A DNA stretch of 32,000 bases from Candidatus Hadarchaeales archaeon (lineage in GTDB: Archaea > Hadarchaeota > Hadarchaeia > Hadarchaeales > Hadarchaeaceae): NCBI GenBank assembly GCA_038823825.1, contig JAWBCC010000006.1:1-32000 (forward strand). Reading direction: 5' to 3'. The position numbers were made by a program, and so were the translations under genes. Position 1 is the stretch's first letter. Each line of letters starts with the position of its first letter. The notes below the pieces were generated by a model, which was given only the letters and a program-made list of their open reading frames with translations, was not told where the DNA came from and made no database searches. This document shows positions 21,739 to 32,000 of the stretch, piece after piece.

Positions 21739-24666
21739 TCAAGAAATCTTCCTCAACAAAAGTCTGACCTTCACCCCGTTAACATCCCAGTCTCTCAAAT
21801 AACCTTCTTCAGAAACTTCTCCAATCCTCGAGACCTTGAGATTTCTAATTCTAACTTCTCTCTTTATGTAGTCCTGCTGGGAAACTATCGAGGCAAACTC
21901 TCTCTCCTCATCAACACCCACCACCGCGTCCACTCTTTCCTCCATCCCGAGATTCATCTCCTTTCTCATCATCTGAAATCTTCTCACGATCTCTCTGGCG
22001 AAACCCTCAGCCTTAAGCTCTTCTGTTATCCGGATGTCCACCCCAACTCTGCCAACTTCGATTTTCTCAACAACAAGTCCCTCCGGGAATGGAATTTCTG
22101 GAGAAATCACCTCCAGTTCCTTACAGTTGACTTGTTTCTTTAGAATTTCCTCAAGCCCGGAGATATCAACTTCTGTCTGAACGACCACCTTCTTGACTGG
22201 CCACCTCAGCTTCAATCCATTCTCTTGCCTTATCTTCGCCACGGCATCGACAAACTTCCTTACGGTCTCCATCCCCTTCTCCAGCCTCTCGTCTATCAGT
22301 CGCTCGTCGACCGAAGGCCAAGAAAGCATGTGAACACTCGGAGGAGCTGAAGGAGAAACAGACCTAACGAGATCCGTATAGATAACTTCTACGATGTGTG
22401 GAACAAAGGGAGCGAGAAGCCTTACCAGAGTCTGAAGGGTATGATAAAGCACATAGTACATCGCTTCTTTTCCCGGATCTTCGCCTTCAATCCAAGCTCT
22501 TTCCCTCACGAGCCTGACATACCACCTGCTCAGGTCCTCGACGATGAAGTCGGAGATCCTTCTAGTGGCAACGTGGAGCTCGCACCTTTCCATTGCGGAT
22601 GTTACATCCCTAACAAGAGCATTCAGCCTCGATAAGAGCCACTTGTCCTCAACCTGAAACTCAACCTTCCTCTTTCCCGGTTCAAACCTATCAAGAGACA
22701 TGTAGGTCGTGGAAAAAACATGGACGTTCCAGAGGATGTTCAGCACTCTTTTCGCTTGCTCAACGCCCTTCCAGCTGAACTTGAGATCCTCCCAAGGCGG
22801 ATTGACGGAAAGAACGTATAAACGCAGGGGGTCTGCCCCAAACTTCTCAAGCACTTCTTCTGGCTCTATAACGTTTCCCAGAGATTTCGACATCTTCCTA
22901 CCGAACTCGTCAAGAACAAACCCGTGCATGAGAACTCTTCTGTAGGGAACATCGTCGAAAACCGCCACAGACAGAACCTGCTGGCTGTAGAACCACTTAG
23001 TCACCTGATCTTCTCCTTCAACTATGAAATCCCTTTTCCATCCATTCTCGCTTTCAGAAGCCCACGCAGCCACGCCCGAATCAAACCAAACGTCCAGAAC
23101 ATCCGGAATTCTCCTTGCTCTTCCCCCACACTCGCACTTCAGCTCAATCTTGTCAACAAAAGGCTTGTGAAGGTCTATTTCCGCGGAAATCTCGGAGGCC
23201 GCCCTCTTCTTCAGCTCTTCGATGCTACCGACGACTATCGTTCTTCCGCAGTTTCCGCAAATCCATATCGGAATTGGAATTCCCCAGTATCTCTGTCTGG
23301 AAATGCACCAGTCGCCTACGGATTCGACACCATTGACATACCTCATCTTCACCCAGGATGGAACCCATTCGACGCTCTCATTTTTCTCCAGAATTTCCTT
23401 TTTCAGATCTTTGACGAAGAGAAACCACTGCTCCGTCGCCCTGAATATAAGTGGAGTGTGACATCTCCAGCAGAGTGGGTAAGCGTGAACAATTCTGCCC
23501 TTTTTCATAAGAAGACCTTTTCTTTCCAAATCCCGCAGAATAACCTCATCCGCTTCCTTCACAAAAATTCCCGCATACTTTCCAGCTTCACTCGTGAATT
23601 TCCCGTCTGGGCCAACGGGACTGAAGATCGGAAGGCCGTATTCTTTTCCAATAACATAATCCTCCTCACCGTGACCAGGAGCGGTGTGAACGCATCCCGT
23701 TCCTTCCTCAAGCGTCACGTGGGGGCCGCATATAACACGATGGTGTTTCACAAACTCTTTCTGCCTCGGGACTTCCTCCAAAAGAGGATGCTCATACGGC
23801 AAACCCTCGAGCTCTTTTCCCCTCATCCTTTCCAAAATTTGATATTCTCCGAAACTCAATTCTGCTGCAACTCTATCTAGAAGCCCCTCCGCCAGAATGT
23901 AAACATTTTCACCAACCTTCACCTTCACGTAGTCAAAGTCGGGATGGACGCAAACCGCTAGGTCGGCCGGAAGCGTCCATGGTGTTGTGGTCCAGATGAG
24001 CAAATACTCATTCTTCCCTCCCTTCATTTTGAACCTGACGAAAATCGATGGATCTGAAACTTGCTCGTATTCTCCTCTCACCTCATGTTCAGCGAGCGCC
24101 GTTTCGCACCTCGGACACCAGTGAATAACTCTCACATCCTTTCCGATCAAGCCACGCTCATAAGCTTTCTTGAAAGTCCACCAAGCTTTCTCTATGTAGG
24201 CATTCTCAAGGGTCATGTATGGCTTATCCCAGTCCATCCAAACCCCGAGCCTCTTAAACTGCTCCGTCATTATTGAAACATGTTCAATTGCCCACTGCTT
24301 ACATTTCTTAATGAACTCTTCAACCCCGATAACCGTCTCGATATCCTTCTTCGATTTTATCCCAAGGAGTTCCTCAACCTTTACTTCGATCGGAAGACCG
24401 TGACAGTCCCAGCCCGGCTGTCTTGTAACATCAAATCCTCTCATCGTCATAAACCTCAGAATCGCATCCTTGATGATTTTGTTCCACGCAGTTCCGAGGT
24501 GAATGGATCCACTCGCGTAAGGTGGTCCATCTAAGAAGTTCCAGACTTTCCCACCTTTTCTCGACTCCTTGATCTTGGCGTATATCCCGGCAGAACTCCA
24601 CCACTCCTGTATTTCCTTTTCAAACCTTGCAAAGTCGTAGACCGCATGGGCTGGTTTCATGCTCAC
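21739..24666 (-). CDS. ileS: Isoleucyl-tRNA synthetase, 975 aa
   Basis: 'FLDGPPYASGSIHLGTAWNKIIKD' (HIGH-type motif), 'TRQPGWDCHGLPIEVKVE', 'WISRQRYWGIPIPIWIC', 'KMSKSLGN'. Confidence 0.97.
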   Translation of the reverse strand: MSMKPAHAVYDFARFEKEIQEWWSSAGIYAKIKESRKGGKVWNFLDGPPYASGSIHLGTAWNKIIKDAILRFMTMRGFDVTRQPGWDCHGLPIEVKVEELLGIKSKKDIETVIGVEEFIKKCKQWAIEHVSIMTEQFKRLGVWMDWDKPYMTLENAYIEKAWWTFKKAYERGLIGKDVRVIHWCPRCETALAEHEVRGEYEQVSDPSIFVRFKMKGGKNEYLLIWTTTPWTLPADLAVCVHPDFDYVKVKVGENVYILAEGLLDRVAAELSFGEYQILERMRGKELEGLPYEHPLLEEVPRQKEFVKHHRVICGPHVTLEEGTGCVHTAPGHGEEDYVIGKEYGLPIFSPVGPDGKFTSEAGKYAGIFVKEADEVILRDLERKGLLMKKGRIVHAYPLCWRCHTPLIFRATEQWFLFVKDLKKEILEKNESVEWVPSWVKMRYVNGVESVGDWCISRQRYWGIPIPIWICGNCGRTIVVGSIEELKKRAASEISAEIDLHKPFVDKIELKCECGGRARRIPDVLDVWFDSGVAAWASESENGWKRDFIVEGEDQVTKWFYSQQVLSVAVFDDVPYRRVLMHGFVLDEFGRKMSKSLGNVIEPEEVLEKFGADPLRLYVLSVNPPWEDLKFSWKGVEQAKRVLNILWNVHVFSTTYMSLDRFEPGKRKVEFQVEDKWLLSRLNALVRDVTSAMERCELHVATRRISDFIVEDLSRWYVRLVRERAWIEGEDPGKEAMYYVLYHTLQTLVRLLAPFVPHIVEVIYTDLVRSVSPSAPPSVHMLSWPSVDERLIDERLEKGMETVRKFVDAVAKIRQENGLKLRWPVKKVVVQTEVDISGLEEILKKQVNCKELEVISPEIPFPEGLVVEKIEVGRVGVDIRITEELKAEGFAREIVRRFQMMRKEMNLGMEERVDAVVGVDEEREFASIVSQQDYIKREVRIRNLKVSRIGEVSEEGYLRDWDVNGVKVRLLLRKIS

Positions 24667-24729
24667 ACCTTCCTAAACTCTTCTACCTAACAGTTTTAAG
24701 ATTGAGCGTGATTGTTTTGAATAGGTGAA

Positions 24730-25698
24730 GTGATGGTCGGAGAGGAATTCGAAATCTGGGTTGAGAAGTACAGACCGAAGAAACTCGACGAAATAGTCGG
24801 ACAGGATGAAGTTGTAGCCAGGTTGAAAACTTTCGTTGAAAAAAAGTCGATGCCCCATCTCCTTTTTGCCGGACCGGCCGGGACCGGAAAAACAACCGCT
24901 GCGCTCTGCATCGCCCGGGAGCTTTTTGGGGAAAACTGGAAACAGAACCTTCTTGAGCTAAACGCCAGCGATGAAAGAGGGATTGATACGATTAGAACAA
25001 AGGTGAAAGATTATGCGAGAACCCGCCCAATAGGTGACGTTCCCTTTAAGATCATCTTGCTAGACGAAAGCGATGCCCTCACACCAGATGCCCAGCATGC
25101 TCTAAGAAGAACAATGGAGATGTACACTCACACGTGTCGCTTCATCTTGGACTGCAACTACTCAAGCAGGATAATTGAACCAATCCAATCGAGATGCGCC
25201 GTTTTCAGGTTTAGAAGACTCACAGACGATGACATAAAGAAAATGCTCAAAAGAATAGAGAAAGCCGAAGGTTTGACGATTGACCCTAAAGCATATGACG
25301 CAATTGCCTACGCCGCACAGGGAGATATGAGAAAAGCGATAAACATACTGCAGGCTGCGGCCGCGCTCAAAAAGAAGGTCGATGAAAAGTCCGTCTATGC
25401 TGTCACATCGATGGCGGACCCGAAAGAAGTAAGGGAGATCTTGGACCTCGCTCTAGCCGGAAAATTCTCGGAGGCAAGAGAAAAGCTTCATGATCTGCTA
25501 ATAGAATCCGGACTCGCCGGCGAAGATGTGCTCGAACAAATCCACAGACTAGTTTTCGATTTGGACATTCCAGAGGAGAGAAAGGTCGAGCTTGTTGATA
25601 AAATAGGAGAGTTTTCATTCAGGATCGTCCAAGGGGCGAACGAAGTCATCCAGCTTGAGGCCTTTCTCGCCCATCTCTCGTTAATGGGAAAGAGCTGA
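24730..25698 (+). CDS. rfcS: Replication factor C small subunit, 322 aa
   Basis: 'EKYRPKKLDEIVGQDEVVARL', 'LLFAGPAGTGKTTAALCIARELFG', 'ILLDESDALTPDAQHALRRTME'. Confidence 0.97.
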   Translation: MMVGEEFEIWVEKYRPKKLDEIVGQDEVVARLKTFVEKKSMPHLLFAGPAGTGKTTAALCIARELFGENWKQNLLELNASDERGIDTIRTKVKDYARTRPIGDVPFKIILLDESDALTPDAQHALRRTMEMYTHTCRFILDCNYSSRIIEPIQSRCAVFRFRRLTDDDIKKMLKRIEKAEGLTIDPKAYDAIAYAAQGDMRKAINILQAAAALKKKVDEKSVYAVTSMADPKEVREILDLALAGKFSEAREKLHDLLIESGLAGEDVLEQIHRLVFDLDIPEERKVELVDKIGEFSFRIVQGANEVIQLEAFLAHLSLMGKS

Positions 25699-25732
25699 TA
25701 TCATAAATCGCGGATTTTTGCCGCTATCAACT

Positions 25733-25747
25733 GGAAAAAGAAAAAAT
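25733..25747 (-). terminator. T-rich terminator-like tract after 23S
   Basis: Minus strand reads CATTTTTTCTTTTTC just downstream of the 23S processing stem. Confidence 0.5.
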
Positions 25748-25749
25748 GA

Positions 25750-25778
25750 GCCACGCACAGGAGAGTCCCGACCAATGG
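25750..25778 (-). repeat. 3' arm of 23S processing stem
   Basis: gccacgcacagg (25750-25761) is the reverse complement of cctgtgcgtggc (28824-28835). An inner segment cccgaccaatgg pairs with ccactggccggg (28806ff) using two G-U wobbles. Confidence 0.8.
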
Positions 25779-25779
25779 A

Positions 25780-28795
<3,016 letters not shown>

Positions 28796-28805
28796 CTATG
28801 CTCTC

Positions 28806-28835
28806 CACTGGCCGGGAGCTTCACCTGTGCGTGGC
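28806..28835 (-). repeat. 5' arm of 23S processing stem
   Basis: Complementary to 25750-25778, as described for the 3' arm. Confidence 0.8.
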
Positions 28836-28909
28836 ATCATCTTGCGTTTTGAACGCAATTCGCCATCAGCACAGAGAGCTCGCACTCTCCATGCCTCATC
28901 TTCCAGATG

Positions 28910-28982
28910 TGGACCCGGCGGGACTCGAACCCGCGACCTCCGGCTTGCAAAGCCGGCGCTCTACCAGCTGAGCTACAGGCCC
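28910..28982 (-). tRNA. tRNA-Ala (anticodon TGC) in the 16S-23S spacer, 73 nt without encoded CCA
   Basis: Minus strand GGGCCTGTAGCTCAGCTGGTAGAGCGCCGGCTTTGCAAGCCGGAGGTCGCGGGTTCGAGTCCCGCCGGGTCCA folds as a full cloverleaf. The anticodon loop is TTTGCAA. Confidence 0.98.
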
Positions 28983-28988
28983 TCCGAG

Positions 28989-29012
28989 GGTTCGGTAACC
29001 CCCTCAAAGGAG
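28989..29012 (-). repeat. 3' arm of 16S processing stem
   Basis: ggttcggtaaccccctcaaaggag is near-complementary to the 30547-30570 arm. Confidence 0.8.
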
Positions 29013-29021
29013 AGGAAACTC

Positions 29022-30514
<1,493 letters not shown>

Positions 30515-30546
30515 TGGCCTGCAAGGCCTTTGGCGGGAGAATACCA

Positions 30547-30570
30547 CTCCTTTTCAGGGGTCACCGAACC
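30547..30570 (-). repeat. 5' arm of 16S processing stem
   Basis: Minus strand GGTTCGGTGACCCCTGAAAAGGAG pairs with CTCCTTTGAGGGGGTTACCGAACC on the 3' side. Confidence 0.8.
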
Positions 30571-30748
30571 TATCTCGGACCCGAGCGTCCAGCTGCCTGG
30601 TTTGTTCGGGCCCACATCTCTGGCAAGTCCACACCAAGAGAGCAATCCCTCACTGCTGGACGATTGTCCAAAGCTCCGGATTGACGCCCCACCGCGCGGT
30701 GTGGACCAATTTAAACCTAAGTACTCTTTGACTTTTAAGTTTTACGCG

Positions 30749-30758
30749 ATATTTAAAG
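30749..30758 (-). promoter_or_regulatory. TATA-box-like element, candidate rRNA operon promoter
   Basis: Minus strand CTTTAAATAT at 30749-30758, upstream of the 5' leader. A second AT-rich box, GGTTTAAATTGG, lies at ~30706-30717. Confidence 0.5.
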
Positions 30759-30780
30759 CTCTAGAGCCATTTCTAAAAGA

Positions 30781-30957
30781 TCACGGAAATGAAATGGCTC
30801 CCTTAGGACAGGCTGCCTCACATGCCCTGCACTCTAAACAATCTTCTGGTCTTGCCACATCCGCTTTCTCATTAATTATGTCAAAGACATTTGCCGGACA
30901 AACTTCTGCGCACCTTCCACAACCATCACATTTTTTTACATCGACTTCTGGCGGCAA
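30781..30957 (-). CDS. Small 2x[4Fe-4S] ferredoxin, 58 aa, absent from ORF track
   Basis: Minus-strand translation MPPEVDVKKCDGCGRCAEVCPANVFDIINEKADVARPEDCLECRACEAACPKGAISFP*. It has two CxxCxxCxxxCP motifs. GGAGGTGA lies 6 nt before the TTG start. Confidence 0.9.
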   Translation of the reverse strand: MPPEVDVKKCDGCGRCAEVCPANVFDIINEKADVARPEDCLECRACEAACPKGAISFP

Positions 30958-30959
30958 AA

Positions 30960-31157
30960 CTAATCACCTCCTTTTTGCTGTTGAATGAGCGTGCTTATAT
31001 ATCCTGCTATTCGGTTGCGGATGGGTTTTCCAAGATGCGGAAGGAGTTCGTCCACGATTTTTTTGTTTTGCTCAAAGTCTGTTCCGAATTTTTCCGGATA
31101 TTTTTGTAGGAGTTCCCTCGCCGCCCTCTTTATGAACGTCGTTCTCACACGCCCCAT
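30960..31157 (-). CDS. rps17e: 30S ribosomal protein S17e; start trimmed from 31262
   Basis: 'MGRVRTTFIKRAARELLQKYPEKFGTDFEQNKKIVDELLPHLGKPIRNRIAGYISTLI', with a GGAGGTGA ribosome-binding site immediately upstream of 31157. Confidence 0.95.
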   Translation of the reverse strand: MGRVRTTFIKRAARELLQKYPEKFGTDFEQNKKIVDELLPHLGKPIRNRIAGYISTLIQQQKGGD

Positions 31158-31235
31158 CTGGTCACCTCCAATTGATTGGATGCTCTGCATTTTAACCTTA
31201 ATCTTTCGGAGAACTAGGATTTTGGGGATGAATGT

Positions 31236-31970
31236 ATGAGGCTGGTGGATTGCCACGCACACCTCGCGGAGTTGTTAAATCTAGACCAAGAGCTTGAGAA
31301 AGCTAAAGAAGTCGGCGTGCGGGCTATCGTAGCGGTTGGAACAGATAAAACTTCTAATGAAATCGTGAGACGGATTTCCGAAAAGTATCAAGGATATGTA
31401 TTTCCAGCTTTGGGGCTTCATCCGTGGAATCTGGGCAACGATATTGAGAAAGAAGTTCGATCGATCGAAAAACACATCGAAGAATGCATCGCGCTTGGTG
31501 AGGTCGGATTGGATTTCAAATATCAGACACCGAGAGAACTGCAGACTAAGGCTTTTTCTCTAATACTCGATCTGGCCAGTCGCTACGATAAACCAATCAT
31601 AGTACACTCGAGATGGGCGTGGCGTGAAGCTTTTGAAATGGTAAGGGATGTTGGAATCAAGAGAGCGGTTTTCCACTGGTATAGCGGTCCGCTTGACGTC
31701 ATGCGAGAAATTTTGGCTGAGGGATATTATATTTCGGCAACTCCGGCCGTTGAGTTCAGTGAAGCGCACAAGAGAGCGATTAGAGAAACTCCTCTGGAGA
31801 GGTTACTGCTTGAGACGGATTCTCCTGTGAAGTATCGTGGGGTCCCATCGGGTCCACAAGATATCACAAAAACGCTTGAAGGTGTGGCGCGGCTCAAGGA
31901 GGTGGAAAAAGCCAAAGTCGCAGAAATCACAACAGAAAATGCCACTGAATTCTTTAATATTAAGCTTTAG
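31236..31970 (+). CDS. TatD-family metal-dependent hydrolase/DNase
   Basis: 'LVDCHAHLAE', 'ALGLHPWN', 'GEVGLDF', 'PIIVHSR', 'LLLETDSPVKYRG'. Confidence 0.92.
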   Translation: MRLVDCHAHLAELLNLDQELEKAKEVGVRAIVAVGTDKTSNEIVRRISEKYQGYVFPALGLHPWNLGNDIEKEVRSIEKHIEECIALGEVGLDFKYQTPRELQTKAFSLILDLASRYDKPIIVHSRWAWREAFEMVRDVGIKRAVFHWYSGPLDVMREILAEGYYISATPAVEFSEAHKRAIRETPLERLLLETDSPVKYRGVPSGPQDITKTLEGVARLKEVEKAKVAEITTENATEFFNIKL

Positions 31971-32000
31971 CTCTCAGAATTTCGCGCTTGCTGAGACAAA

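Noticed and set aside
22924-23880. 318-aa + strand ORF
   Set aside because: Antisense to ileS; a shadow ORF with no domain features.
25712-25726. Short gcgg...ccgc hairpin-like sequence after rfcS
   Set aside because: A 4-bp stem is too weak to call a terminator, and archaeal termination is mainly T-tract based.
31158-31262. 35-aa N-terminal extension of S17e in the ORF track
   Set aside because: The canonical S17e start MGRVRTTF at 31157 is preceded by GGAGGTGA; the extension overlaps the start of tatD.

Overview
The window is a euryarchaeal-type, probably thermophilic, chromosomal segment. Most of it is housekeeping genes. There is one rRNA operon on the minus strand (16S, tRNA-Ala(TGC), 23S). 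I found no CRISPR array, prophage or transposon. The left end carries two tandem secreted or surface proteins. One is 1584 aa with DUF2341-like, Fn3-like, toroid-like, CARDB-like and C-terminal TM parts. The other runs off the left edge, is absent from the ORF track, and has about eight W-x-G-S-x-W repeats. Next is a dNTP/thymidylate cluster, nrdD-dcd-thyX-nrdG. After that come a MinD-like ATPase, Hsp20-like protein, Cdc48/VAT and PRC-barrel protein. These are followed by a phosphoesterase/HAD phosphatase/RadA/RPA operon, class II HMG-CoA reductase, a class II amidotransferase, IleRS and RfcS. To the right of the rRNA operon are a 58-aa ferredoxin (missing from the ORF track), S17e and TatD. 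The most unusual signal is in the rRNA. Near-universal positions are changed as apparent compensatory pairs: 16S 19/916, and 23S 2455/2496, 2456/2495, 2509/2579 and 2057/2611 (E. coli numbering by hand alignment). 23S position 2503 is C instead of the near-universal A. This suggests a divergent, possibly primer-invisible archaeal lineage.
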